Part shown: piece after piece, positions 27,380 to 40,799 of the stretch
Numbering within the stretch: the first letter of the stretch is position 1
Layout: the number at the start of each line of letters is the position of its first letter
Assembly (NCBI RefSeq): GCF_009914755.1
Contig: NC_060938.1
Reading direction: 5' to 3' (one strand)
From: the human T2T-CHM13v2.0 reference genome, Homo sapiens
Length of the DNA stretch: 64,000 bases
Made by a program: the position numbers and the translations under genes
The notes under the pieces: model-generated
The model's input: only the letters and a program-made list of their open reading frames with translations
Database searches by the model: none
What the model was told of the DNA's origin: nothing

Positions 27380-28659
27380 AAATGAGATATAAAACCAAGT
27401 GAGGTGCTTTGAAAAAGAGCTGACTCTTCCTCTTGGCTCTACAATCTTTCTTTTCTATGACCCAGGCCCTTTGGCAGGAGTGTCAGCTGTTTTAAAGTAC
27501 TTGCTGGTCCACTTTGGGGTGCCATCATCTAATGCTATTATTCTAATCGTTAAACGTCCAGTTTAGAAGAACAATAAGAAAGCTTAGTAGAATTTGGAAG
27601 AGTTCTCAAATCCATATGGAATGTGTCTTGCTCTCATCGTGCACCTTGGGAAAAGAATGAAAAGTTACTATAGTTGAACTTTATTTAGTGTGAATTCCTC
27701 TTTATGGCCAACAGCTGTGAATATCTCTCTGAAACACTGTGGTAATCATCCATTCCTTCCTTTCATCTAGCTAGACTGGCCAGGTCTGGCTACACATCCT
27801 CCGTTAGGAGTGTGCCTCTTGGGTCAAGGGTATGGAATAAATCTCATGGTCCAGCATTCTTGCTCTTTGCGTTTTTCCCATGCATGGATCAAGCCCCCTT
27901 CTTGTCTTGGTGTTAGCGTTCCCTGCCAGGGACTGTCACTAAGTTCTCTCCCAAGCAGACCAGCTCCTACTCTCAAAGGATTAATGACATCTGCCCACAG
28001 TGCTTTGGTTTTCCTTCTTTAGTAAATGTCCATCCTTATGGTTTAAGTAGACTTCAAAGTACAGATTAAATGTCTCTTGAGGTAAAGATCTCACGCTAAT
28101 ATCTCAAGCTAAAGAAAAAATGAGATCCACCATTTAGCTTGAAACTAACCCAAGAGAAGTGGGAAACAACTGAAATAGGAACTTTCTTCCCTTTACCCTT
28201 CCCTGTGGAGGCTACTGGTTATACATGTTTGGACTAAGGAGGCTGGTTTGGTTTCTACATCCAGTTGTGTTTGTTCATTTCAAAAACTTCACTGTGACTT
28301 ATCTCAGAGGAAAGATTCTCAATTGTGAGTTGGTACTCAACAGTAATACCATTCTTTCCCTGGGCAACTCATGAGTGGAATGTGCTCTGTTGCCTCTTGT
28401 CTCATACAAGACTTTCAGGTGGCCAAGAAAAAGAGAGAGAGAAAAGACGTTCTCTTAATTTCCTGGAGAGAAAGTATAGAAGTCATTTGGCAGAAGATGC
28501 ACATTTCCCACTTACATTAGCACCATGTTCTCAAAGATGGTACATAAACCCAACACGCTAAGACTTAACAAAATGCCACAGCTATGATGAATGATGTGGC
28601 TGCATTATATGGGAGGAAAGAGCAGGGGAAAAGACTCATTCACAGGTTACTTTTGTCCT

Positions 28660-29580
28660 CATTCAAGTCAGTTGACTTTTTTGAGCACCTGCTGAGAGAA
28701 ACTTTGGACTAACTAGTTTCTGGGCAGACAGGGCTGAGAGCTACTGTTCCTGCCTGAAGCGAATCACTATCAGATGAGCAAAAAACAGGCACTTAATGCA
28801 AGTGCCCTGCTATGAAAATATGCTGTCTTAAAGACTTGCCCTGGGTCAGGGCAGGCACCATGAATGACCCTCATTCAAAGTGGAGATAAGTCAAGGAAAG
28901 TTCCTAGAGGAGGAGAGGCCTAGAGCTGAGTCTCAGAGCATGACTACAGGTCAGCCAAATAGTAAGTGAAGGAAGGGCATTCTATGTAGAGGGAACAGCA
29001 TTCACGAAATCACAATGACAAGGGTGCTTGACCAAGTGGATCCCATGGCTTGAGTGTTAAGGGCACATGGGAAAAAGAGGTCTGGAGAGGGAGAAACCAG
29101 ACCCTGGGCCTTGCAAAGGACATTCTCTTTTATCCCAAAGCTATTGAAGGAACTTCTGCAGCAGAATGACCTGCTTAGGTCTACATATTAGAAATATGAC
29201 CTTCAAAGCAGAGTGGAATATACATCAAAGTGCGGAAGGGACAGAGGATTCCAGATTTGAAGGCCAGCAGAGAGGTGGAGGACGTTTCAGTAATTGAGGG
29301 GGAAAAGGAAGTGGGACCGATGCAAGCAGCAGTGAGAATAGAGACAAAGGAGTATTCGGGGTTCTTCATGAGATAGAGCTGAGAGGGCTTGGTAACCAAT
29401 TGAATAGACAGTGATGGAGCAGGAGAAATTTAGGATGATGCCCAGGTGTCTGCCTGGGACATATGGATAAGCCATGGTGTCATCTAAGGCAAAGGACATA
29501 GAGGAGGAGAAATAGAATGGGGGGGGCAGCATGGGGCCTGGTGAGTGTGGGAACTGTAGAACATCCCAGTGGAGGTGTGC
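28660..29580 (-). mobile_element. Decayed L2 fragment
   Basis: TTGAGCACCT…AGAGGGAACAGCA…GGATGATGCCCAGGT pattern typical of reverse-strand L2. Confidence 0.6.
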
Positions 29581-31849
29581 AACCCCCTCAGTGGGCCCCA
29601 CAGTGCACCATGCTCTTGGCTGACCCAGCCTCACTAACAGCCCCGACTTCCTCTCCTCGCCTGCAGTTTCAGCATAATATTACACTTACCTGAAGCCAAG
29701 TTCATCTGAGGGACTTCATTCCAGATAGCTGGGTAGAAAAAGCCATAGATTTGGGCTCCTAGGAAGCAAGGAGCTCTATGACTTTCTTGTTGTACTTGCC
29801 TGTGTGAAGAGGGGTAGAGATTGGCACTCTGTTTCTCTTGCTGCGAGCTTCAGCCTCACTGTTACGAATCAACACCAACTGAGTATGCTTATGATGTTTG
29901 GCATTATGTTAGCACACAAATGTAGAAGTCATTGAAACTGATGTATTATTTGTGTATAGACATGATAAAAGTAGAAAAAGAAACAATTGGCCCCAGGAAC
30001 CTTGATGGAAATATAGCAATTAAGAGTGGAGGGGCCATTGACTGTGAAAATATGTTGTTTGCCTTTTCTAAGGAGACTTTCGTTAGATGAAACTTAGAAA
30101 AACTTTTTCTCTCTGTAGTAAAGGAAATATGTGGTCTACTCTGAAATAGCGGGTTTGGGGTTTTCAGTTCTTTTTGAAATGTAGACCTTTGAACCTCTGC
30201 TTCTCCAGAATGAGAATGGAAAAATTATGGAGAGGTGAGATCCTCTTTAAGAAAAAGGAACCTGTCAGAAACCTTTGTAAGAAAGGTTGCAGATACAGCA
30301 GTTCTGAGGGTCACAGAGGTCTGAGTGATGGAGTGGGAGTGGCAAAGCTCCATGAGTGGCTGGGACATGTTTCAGCATGGCTGTCATTGAAACTGGTCAT
30401 TATTTTCTTGATGCTGACTTTCTAGCTGCCTGCTCGAATTCACTTAAAGGAAGGCCAGTATTGAATAAATGTGCTTTATTTTTGTTTTTAATTTCCAAAT
30501 GCCAAGATATGACCCACAGGGATGAGTGCCCCTGGGCCAGGAGTTGTGCTAACTCTTCTCTGATAGGCTGAGAGCCCTGAGGTCTTTGAAAAGCAAGTCC
30601 TCAGGATTCCCCCAAATTCGAAAAGTCCTGAGACTTTTAACCTCCACTCTTTACCAAGCATGTATTTTCCTCTGAAGCTTTAAGGACTGTGCAGGCACAC
30701 AAGGCGCAGCCTTTGATGTGGACACAGCCACTGTTTAATGACACAAAGCAGGCTGCTTTAAAACAGCACTTTCGCCTGTCATCTCTAACGGAAACTGCGG
30801 GGAGAAGGTTAGGCCCTCTTTGTGTCTAACATGTCAAAGTGGGTATTTTACTCCAAAATAGGCCACCTCTCACCTTCCAGGACCCATATATGCTTCCTAC
30901 AAGCCTGGAGCCTCCCCAGAGGCCTCCATGGACACTTCCCAGTATCAAGGAGCACACTGAGGAGGATCCAGCTCCAACGAGGCCCAAGACCAATCCTGCT
31001 CTCTTTTGCACAAAGGCTGGAACAGAGTTGGGCTGCTTGTTCTGCTCTGGCCAGAAATAAAGACAAGCTTCTGTAACCTTGACAGTGCTGCTAAACTTCT
31101 CTTCATTTTTGAAAGGAACATTTTCCATCCCACTTCAGTAGTGAAGAGTGGGTACCTTCTTACCCCTCAGTTGGCTTTCCTCTTCTCCCCCTCAGAGATC
31201 AAGGGTGCAGTCATATCTTGGAGGGAGAGAGCTTTTGAGAGCAGTCTGGCTTGCTGTGGTGAATGGGAGTTGATCTTCCATCTGCAGTTACCAGGACCAC
31301 CCCTACGTGAGCCCTTGTGTGGGAACAAGGCTGTTCATGTTTCTGTCTGCCAGAGATGCCTTTCTCCCTGCCCTTCATGCTGCATTCGATATTGGGCTCT
31401 TCAGCAATATCGATCCCATCTTTCTGTCTTCTGGGGTTTCCTTGTTTGTGGGTCGGGTGCTGCATGGTCTGTTGATCTGACTCAAATTTGCAGCCATTTC
31501 TGCAGCATGCATTAGAGACAAGCACTCCCAGTTCTAACTGGAGCCCCGCTTCTGTGTGAACTGTTGTACACACCGCACAGCCTCCCTGTGGCTGGTTTAT
31601 CTAAATTCTAAAAAGGAAATAGAAATCAGCATGATTTAAAACTGAATCCCACTGGTAAAGACCAGCAGGCAAATATAGAACATATACAAGATGAGTGTAG
31701 CACTATTATCAAGAATGACCATGAGAAGATAAATCAGTGTGGACTTGCAGCAAGGTCTAGGAGCTTTCTGAAGGATGAAGACTGTGGGATGAGACCCACT
31801 GATGTGCACATGCATGGTGGTGCTTTGTCCCAGAAACCTCCTACCTGTT

Positions 31850-32835
31850 GGCATTCTCTCCTTGCACTTCCCCCTGAAAGTCTGCTACTCCCAGAGCTCT
31901 AGCATGGCTCTCACCCCATGCTCTTTGCCAGAGAGATTCACCCACTTCTGTGGCTAAAACAACCACCATGAACTACTGACAAGGAACCTCGTTCTCCAGC
32001 TCAGACTTTTCTTCCAAGACCTTGACTGGTTGACTTCTCCCCTTGTATGACCCAAAGGCATTGACAGCCAGCTGATCTCAAATGGAGTTTACCCTCTCTC
32101 TCTTCTCACCCCAAACCTGCTGCTCCCCTGTTTTCTCTGTCTCACCAAACCTGAATCAAAGGAGTCATCTCCAGCTACTTTGTCTCTGTCACTCCCTGCT
32201 CTTCCCTGATCTTCAAGTACTGTCAATTTCCATCCTTTCTTTCTCCTCTGCCACGCATCCCAAGCCATCATCAGGATCTTCCTTAAGTTCATGTCCTGGC
32301 CTTCACTGTCACCATCCGCCAGGCCAGCCTTTACATTGATAGCCATTGCCTTTCTAGCACACTCATCTGATTGTGTTCTGCTACTCAGGTTTCAGCAGTT
32401 TCTCACCACCCACAAGATGAAGTCGACTCTCTTTGTTCAGCATTGCATATCTCAGCCATTTGACCCCCTGCCTATTTGACCCACCTTGTCTCTAGCCATT
32501 CCCCCATCCACCCATGTGTCTGCTCTACCCTGAATGCCCTCTTGACTCTGTGTTTCCTTCCTGCTTCCTGAAATGGCTTCCTCACTGTGGCCATCCTAGT
32601 GGAGACACCAAGTTATTGTACTTTGAAGCTGCCCCTCGCTCCCCATGGCAAACCAAAAGGCTCATCGTTCTGTGCTCCCCTAGAACCCTATGTATACTCA
32701 GCGCTTGTCCTATTGCTGTTATAATTTTTGTATAAGTCAGCCATTCTCTCTAGATTAAAAGTTCCTTAATGGAAGGGTCATGTCTTCACAGAGCTTGGCC
32801 CCCATAATAGGCATGCAATAAATGTTGAATGAGCA
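31850..32835 (+). mobile_element. Decayed L2 fragment reaching its 3' end
   Basis: Pyrimidine-rich L2 body ending CAATAAATGTTGAATGA. Confidence 0.6.
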
Positions 32836-35602
32836 AATATCAGGATTCCCACACTTGGCAAAGAAGTCAGCCCAGCATATAGCAAAAGCATCTTTATCTT
32901 TCTCACACTGCATAAGAGAGTGACTTTCTAGTTTGAGACCCCCAGTCTCAAACTGACCCCAAGGAAGCCAAACAGGTGTGTGCCAACCAGAGGCATGCAT
33001 GCCTTCAATCACATATCAGCTTCTGCAGGAAACAGTTCTGCTTCTCCCTGTTTGCCTGCATTTTCCAACCATAGCCACAGCCCACAGCTTCACAGAATGT
33101 AAAAGGTAGATGGGAAGTTACAGTAGGTGGTTCTTAGCATTGCATCCAACAATGTGGCATTTGGACCATGGGAAAGGACCTGAGCTTTTAGTTTGAGTCT
33201 ATCCCTGGCCAACAGCTTACAGAATCCAGCATCCAAGTCATTAGAATTCCTGACTTTGGGGGAATGAAATGGTCAAGGCTCTTGCTTCTCTGGTTTGTTT
33301 CTCTTTTAACAGTTTTGTTCTAATCCTTGGCAAGGGAAGGTACCTCACCACAATCCAGAGGGTGAAAGGTTAGTAGGCTATGTTCTTAAGAACTGGGATT
33401 TCCTCTTCTTTGTTTTTCCGTTCTCCTTACAGGAGGGAGTGCTCTTTGAGCACATGGCACTGAGATAGGACAATGCTTGCTCTAAAAACAGTGTCCGTGC
33501 GTACCTGCCTCAAGAAACACAGGGCCAAAAGGAGCTTACATTGCCCAGGAATGCATCTAGAAGTAACTCTTCAGGAAGGCCTAACTCATCATGTTTTGAA
33601 GTTGGATAGGAGCCTTTTTTAGGAAAACTACTCCCAGTGTTTTGACTAAATGAATGAGGCCAGCTCTTCCACTCCTCTAACCAGGGCAATTCTAACTTGT
33701 CAAAATAGTTTTATAGAAAAGGATCTAGCACTGATTGAGCTGGGATTTGCACTCCAACCCACACTTTCTGACTCTTAAAACACCACGTTATCACCTTGGT
33801 TTATAAAGCACCATGTTTATAACACGATTCAATAGCTCAGGATTCTGTTCATCATCAATGGATTTTGCATGGTTCAGCTGTAGGGCACCCAGTGAAAATT
33901 TGGTCCAAGAGCCTGCTACCTTCTCTTTTGTGATGAATTGTGCCCAAGAGCAGCACTGGGTTACCCAGGCTTCTCTGAATCATGATCATTGAGTTTTCTG
34001 AGCAGTGACTTGGGACTTTCAAGATGTAAATAGCAAACGTGAAACCTGGTGACAGAGTGGTAACATGCCGTTGGCCTGAAAGCCAAAGCTGTAGTTAAAA
34101 TCAGTGCCGCTCACTCTGCAGAAGCATTAGCATTATTTCAGCAGAAATAAAAGCATGGTGGAAAATGAAGCCTGGTGAAATAGCTCCAGGATGTTGCAGG
34201 ATAGAAGGTTCCAGACTCCTGAGCTGCCATGTCCTGGACTCTTGATCCAACTGCAATTTGAGTGAGGATGATGTAAGGGGTTAGTATGATGTGTTGGGGA
34301 AGCCTTGTCTGTTTGTGGTTAATAATGGTCACAGAGGGACTCTTGCTTGTCATAGTAGAGTGAAGGGCTTTCAAGCACAGAATGGAGTGATTTCTAGCCT
34401 GAGATAACTGAGTCTGTTCTTAAGATGCCATTGACTGTCCAATTTCAATTCTCCAGAAATTCCCCTTCATTGGCCTTTGCATTACTGCAAATCAACAAGT
34501 AATCTCACCAGGCCCATCATCCCCACCTAAGTCTTTTGAGTTCAGGAGATTATCCCATACCCGCATTCCCTAAACCTAGAGTTGGTTCACTCAGGAAGCA
34601 GGGCCTGATTTCAGAATAGTCCAGGCCTCTTTCATCAATCTCAACATTTATCTACTCTAAACATTGAAAAATTGGAAGGTGCTCGCTTGTTTTGGAATGT
34701 GTGTGGTCAGTGCCTCAGAATAAAGCATTTAGCAATTGATAGAATCCTGTAATCGACATGATTGGTAATAGATAATACTTCATAAAAAACAGGAATAACA
34801 TTTACCCAATGCTTTAGCATTTCAAAGTAGTTTACAGCCACTGTTTTTCAGCCACTGATAGGCTGTTTGGTCCTCATTTTATAAGAATTGGTACATTGTA
34901 GGAATGAGCTAGGAATCAGGAGATCTGGGTTCTGGTTGCCATTTCACCACACACTTGCTCTGTGATCTAGGATTAATGACTTCATTTCGCCATCTTTAGA
35001 ATGATCTAGGGATGAGGGAAGATGATTCTGGAAACTTTCCAAAGATCCTATCAGCTCACAAACTCTGACTGAAAGAATATGGGCAAATACTTTGTTTTGG
35101 TTTTATTTAACAAGGTAATAGTTCTCCTGTGGATTTTCAATGCAGTTACCCTTTACTTTTCTTAACTTTAGAATCTCAGACTTGGGGGTTATTTCAGATG
35201 CACTTTAGAACTTCCATTATCCTATGGCCTAGCCAATCTTTGGGCCTTTCAAGTCCTGATATATTTTTGGTTGACAATCAAGTAAAAAGTCAAAGATGCA
35301 TCCGGATACATTCCATAGCTTGGAGAAATGGTCAGCGGACACACCCCCACGACAGAAAGAGTTTTGGGGATCAGGATGCCCTTTTTCCCATTCAGGTATA
35401 TATAGGGAGGCATTTTTCATGGGGAAAGATCAGGCTAGGAATGGGTGACTCCACCATTTTCCTATCACTGTAGGAGTGGCTGAAACAGTGTGTGAAAATC
35501 TGCATTGAATGTACAAAAATTATCTTGAGGTCATAGTCTGCTCATGTAGCTCTAACATTCGAAGCCAGCTCTTTCCAACTCGATGAAGCGGTCCAGCTAA
35601 TG

Positions 35603-35768
35603 CAGTTGTTCCCTGCCATCTTTTTGGTCATGAACCCCTTTGGGAATCTTATAGAAGCTATGGATGGCCCTCTGCCCAGAAAACTCCCCATCTACTCACA
35701 AATTGGGATATAATTTTAGGGGATTTCTGAATGCCCTGAAGCTCATGGACCCCAAGTTAGTACTCCTG
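35603..35768. mobile_element. Short hAT-Charlie element (Charlie4z-like, 166 bp)
   Basis: CAG…CTG termini; internal GGTCATGAACCCCTTTGGGAATC…ATGGACCCCA resembles the recalled consensus. Confidence 0.6.
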
Positions 35769-35991
35769 GTCTAAGTAGAATAAAGGAGCCCACCAGTAGG
35801 AATGTCAGGGCTAGCCTGAGACTTCTGCATCTCAGCTAAAATTAAATACATAGTAACATAAAGGTGTTACTTTTTCTTTTTTTTTCCTTTGACCATCACC
35901 CTCTTTTCCTTTCTCTGTTCCTACATCTCTCGTCATCTCTTCTCATTCCCTCTCATTTCTCTCCCCATCTCTTGCACATCTTGCACCACAG

Positions 35992-36101
35992 ATGTTCCAG
36001 CCTGGCTGAAAAGCCTCCGCCTGCACAAATATGCCGCGCTTTTCTCCCAGATGACCTATGAGGAGATGATGGCCCTCACCGAGTGCCAGCTGGAGGCGCA
36101 G
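35992..36101 (+). CDS. SAMD4A: SAMD4A coding exon, 110 nt, phase 1/0; N-terminal part of the SAM domain ([37 protein letters not shown])
   Basis: Long pyrimidine tract then cacag|AT; donor CAG|gtatgt; contains the Smaug/Vts1 signature [10 protein letters not shown]. Confidence 0.97.
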
Positions 36102-38149
36102 GTATGTGCTTGAGGTGACTGTTCCCTGAGAGGGTGCCCCAGGCAGGACCTGAAGTTCAAGGCCTGGACAACCTTGTTTGGACCCATACCTATGCCCACA
36201 CAGTAGCTTGCCCTGTGCTGGAAACTGTGGGGTGCTGGCCAGCATTCCATGGTGAGCAAAACTGGGTGGATTCTTGCCTTCAGGGTCCAATAGGAGATGG
36301 AAGACAAGCAGATAACTGCAGGGTCGTGAGGGTGAGATCAAGTGGTGTGAAAAGGCATAATCTCGGCACACTTGAAAGTTCCAGGTGCCAGGGAGGAATC
36401 GGTGGATTTTCCTAGGAGAAGTAACATTTGACCATGCCACAAGGAATCTACATCCCTGCCTTTGCTTTTCTTGCTCTCTCCCTCCCTCTGCTCGAGCAGG
36501 GCTTGGCTTGTTTGGGAAGTGACAGATCCATTGTCTGTTGTCTAGTCCAGTTACAAATCAGCCTGCTTCTAACTGGACTGCTGAGTAGATGCACCAGGTC
36601 ATGCCTCAGACCCGCCCCAACATTTTTAAAAAGTCATGTTCAGGCCAGTCTTTGTTGAGATTGGAGTAAATTATACAAAATATTTTTTTCTTCTAACATG
36701 AGACAATCATTGAGAATGAGATTTCCATAGGTCTCAGATTTCATTTCCCTTCTGCATGCCATAAAAATACAAAGGTTCCCCTTCCTTCTAAGGCATCTTT
36801 CCCCGATGTGGATGCCAAAGGCCAGTCAACAGAACCCCTGAAACTAAGCATGTTTCCTACCACGCTGTGCTCGGGTAAATGGATCTGACCAATGTCTTTG
36901 TTTCCCTTGTTTAAAATGCTATTTGCATGTTTCACATTGGCCTCAGTTTCCTTTCAGCAATGATTTAAAAGAATCGATGGTCTGAATAGGCTAAGAATAT
37001 TTCCTTTGCAGGAAAAGGAGATTGTACCATTTGGGCATGGCTGGTCTGGACGCATACCTCCCCGCAGATCACCAGTTCCCCAGTACTTATTCGGTACCCT
37101 CATTTAACCCTGCAGGCCTGGCGGACTCCCAATATGGAGACACAACACAAAGCCCAAAGTCACTGCACATTCTCAGAGAATGAAAGGCACTCATTTCAAC
37201 TTCCTAACATTTCTCCCACCTCTTTTTGGATCTTGATTGCTCCTTGAAATCCCAGGGGTTGATGAGAGCTTTTCTAAGAGCATTTTTGTGTTTGGGTCAG
37301 AGTTGAGGAAAAAAATCTAAGTCATCAGTTGTTCGACTTGAGGAAAAAAAACAAGAAATAATTGAGGGCAAAGCCAGAGGCCAGCACAACCTTTTCAGAG
37401 TAATTTAATTCACTAGAACCCAAAGTTAAGGGTAAACAGAAATATACCCCCAGTGTTTCATCTTAGAGACTGGGTTCACGTGTCATTTGAGTCTTAATTT
37501 TTCTAGTAAAGATGTTGTTGATATTCCTATCTTTTCCTTCTTTAAGAAGAATTCTATGGAATAGTTGCAAGATGTTTGAGTTAGAGACCTTATTTGAGAG
37601 ACGGCTGTCTATCAGGAAATTTGCAGTATCTATTATCAACAACTATTTAAGTAAATCCTTAGGCTCACCATTGCTACCCAGTTAAGAAGATAAAATCCAC
37701 AACTCTTACTGTGAATCCTAATCATTTACCTGAAGAGATGACTGAATTATGAATTTAAGTAATTTTCTATTCTAGTTTTCCTTAGAGAAACAAAAGACAA
37801 GCTGCAAACTAACAAATTCCCCATGTTTTATGACACTCCATGTGGACTCTACTGGGCTGCTCATCTTTTCAAGATGGGTAAAAACACAGGGAGGGTTTGA
37901 GAAAGCCATGAATATCTATATGGGGTTGGGACCTTTAGGGAAACTGAGAGGGGCTGAAATTATAAAGCCTGGAGAAAAGGAAGAGTGCATGACTTAAAAA
38001 TTATCTTCTAAGGCTGTGAAGAAATTTCATGCTGGGTAGAATAATTGGCTGTTCCACATCTCTCTCTAAGATACAGGAAGATACGAATACAGATAAAAAG
38101 CACAGTCAAAAGACACGGGCAAATATGTAGCCAGACGGAGTTAGAATTA

Positions 38150-38451
<302 letters not shown>

Positions 38452-38627
38452 TTAGTAAGAAGAGGTTTATGATGATGGGTACTAATGCAAGAGATAAGTG
38501 GATATTGATCAGCCCGTGAACATATAGGAGCAAAGAAGACAGTAAAAGCCTCCAAGAATCTGTAAGCTGATTCTTAAAAATATGTTTTTAAATATACATT
38601 TAAATGTAACTTGTTATTTCATTACAG

Positions 38628-38714
38628 AATGTTACCAAAGGTGCAAGACACAAAATTGTCATCAGTATTCAGAAGCTCAAAGAAAGACAAAATCTCCTGA
38701 AGTCTTTGGAAAGG
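38628..38714 (+). CDS. SAMD4A: SAMD4A coding exon, 87 nt, phase 0/0; C-terminal helix of the SAM domain ([29 protein letters not shown])
   Basis: ttacag|AAT and AGG|gtaagt; carries the Smaug/Vts1 GAR-K motif. Translated by hand, as this frame is not in the ORF track. Confidence 0.97.
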
Positions 38715-39781
38715 GTAAGTTATCGGATGAGGGAACATTTCCACTTTCATTATGGGAAAATGGACCAAGGAAAATTCTCCACTGGAAGTGTCATCGACAG
38801 ACCTTCTAGAGCGTACCATGTGGTTTCCTTACCAAAGTCAGAGAAAACGGAATGATTTTGAAGTGAAACTTCCTGGTTGCACGTGCTTCTTTGGAAGCTG
38901 ATGCCTCAGTGTGCTTATTCCCTGGGCCCAGGCTGCCTTGCCTGGCCGTCCTAGAGCCCTGATGAAGTGCTGTCAAATGCACCCTTTTTGTATACGTTTG
39001 TGTCTCTGCCTCGTATACATTTGTAGAGATCAGTGAGGTGTCCAGTTCACAATCAGAGGCTGAAATCTTGGCAAAACAGGGCAGGGAATATGCAGTGTGC
39101 TTTGGTCTCACTGTCCTCCCAGGGGAGGGTCTGTTTTGAGAAAAGCTGCCCCCAGAGTGGTAAATACCAACAGGTACACTGCAGATAGTGGGGTTCAAAA
39201 GCATTTGGCAGGCAGACATATTTGGCTCTCAAGAGAATAATTCCAGGCTTTAACTTAACAACAGAATGGGTCCCTGTGACTCTGATAGGAACCATCTCAA
39301 AAATGCTAAATGCTGAAAAAAGTTTATTCCAACGTTAAAAGCAGTGATCAGCTGCCTACTGTCCCATTTTATTTGCTGCCTAGACAGGTCCTCTTCTTAC
39401 CTTTGTGTCTGGATGCTGCCCTGGTAACAATGTCATTTTTAGGACTTAATGACGACATGATTTCATCTAAGATCCAAAGGAGGGCAGGCCTCATGCCTCA
39501 CACAAGTGTGAACCAGCATTGCTTCTGCCTCAGGGTTGGGATTCTTATGCATGGGTACTGGGAGGCAAGAGTGGTGAGTGGGAAGTTCTGTGGGTATTTG
39601 CAGCCTGCAGAGCTTTAGAGGTAACCTCTTCTAGTAATCCCAGGGAGCTTTTGGATTTTGGAAGGGAACACAGTATTGAGGGAGGTAGCGCTAAAGCAAG
39701 TTTTGTGAGCACATCAACATTTAATGGAGTGGTAATTTTTCAGCAGGTGCACAAAGATGTGTGTGTGTATAATTTCGTATA

Positions 39782-40799
39782 TGAAGGGGTGGCCTGCCCC
39801 TCCACACCTGTGGGTATTTCTAATCGGGCAGGACGAGAGACTGAGAAAAGAAATAAGACACAGAGACAAAGTATAGAGAAACAACAGTGGGCCCAGGGGA
39901 CCGGCACTCAGCATACGAAGGACCTGCACCGGCACCGGTCTCTGAGTTCCCTGTTTTTATTGGTTACTATCTTCGTTATTTCAGCAAAAAGGAATGTAGT
40001 AGGAGGGCAGGGTGATGATAAGGAGAAAAACATGTAAGCAATAGAATCTACGTCATAATTAAGTTCAAGGGAAGGTACTATGACTGGACGTACACGTAAG
40101 CCAGATTTATGTTTCTCTCCACCCAAACATCTCAGTGGAGTAAAGAATAACAAGGCAGCATTGCTGCAAACCTGTCTTGCCTCCCATCACAGGGCGGTTT
40201 TTCTCCTATATCAGAATTGAACAAATGTACAATCAGGTTTTATAACGAGACATTCAGTTCCCAGGGGCAGGCAGGAGACAGTGGCCTTCCTCTATCTCAA
40301 CTGCAAGAGGCTTTCCTCTTTTACTAATGCACCTCAGCACAGACCCTTTACGGGTGTTGGGCTGGGGGACGGTCAGGTCTTTCTCATCCCATGAGGCCAT
40401 ATTTCAGACTATCACCTGGGAAGAAACCTTGGACAATACCCCGCTTTCAAGGACAGAGGTCCCTGCGGCTTTCCGCAGTGCATTGTGCCCCTGGTTTATT
40501 GAGACTAGAGAATGGCGAAGACTTTTACCAAGTATACTGCTTGTAAACATTTTGTTAACAAGGCACGTCCTGCACAGCCCTAGATCCCTTAAACCTTGAT
40601 TTCATACAACACATGTTTTTGTGAGCTCCAGGTTGGGTCAAAGTGGCTGGGGAAAAGTGGCTGCAGCAAAACTACAAATTAACAACATCTCAGCAAAGCA
40701 ATTGTTTAAAGTACAGGTCTTTTTCAAAATGGAGTCTCTTATGTCTTTCCTTTCTACATAGACACAGTAACAGTCTGATCTCTCTTTCTTTTCCCTACA
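39782..40799 (-). mobile_element. Complete solo LTR of HERV-K(HML-2), LTR5A-like, 1018 bp, antisense to the host gene
   Basis: Minus strand starts TGTAGGGAAAAGAAAGAGAGATCAGACTGTTACTGTGTC and ends GGCCACCCCTTCA. TSD CGTATA (39776-39781) / CATATA (40800-40805). Minus-strand TATAAAA 40238-40244 and AATAAA 39956-39961. Confidence 0.93.

Noticed and set aside
30822-31573. Stack of overlapping ORFs on both strands
   Set aside because: No recognisable domain, poly(A) tail or TSD; not supportable as a gene or retrocopy.
35992-36012. Possible Smaug recognition element (CUGGC) in SAMD4A's own exons, also near 47550 and 62176
   Set aside because: CNGG(N) is not presented in a loop closed by a stable stem (3 bp at most by inspection); autoregulation is unsupported without folding and CLIP data.
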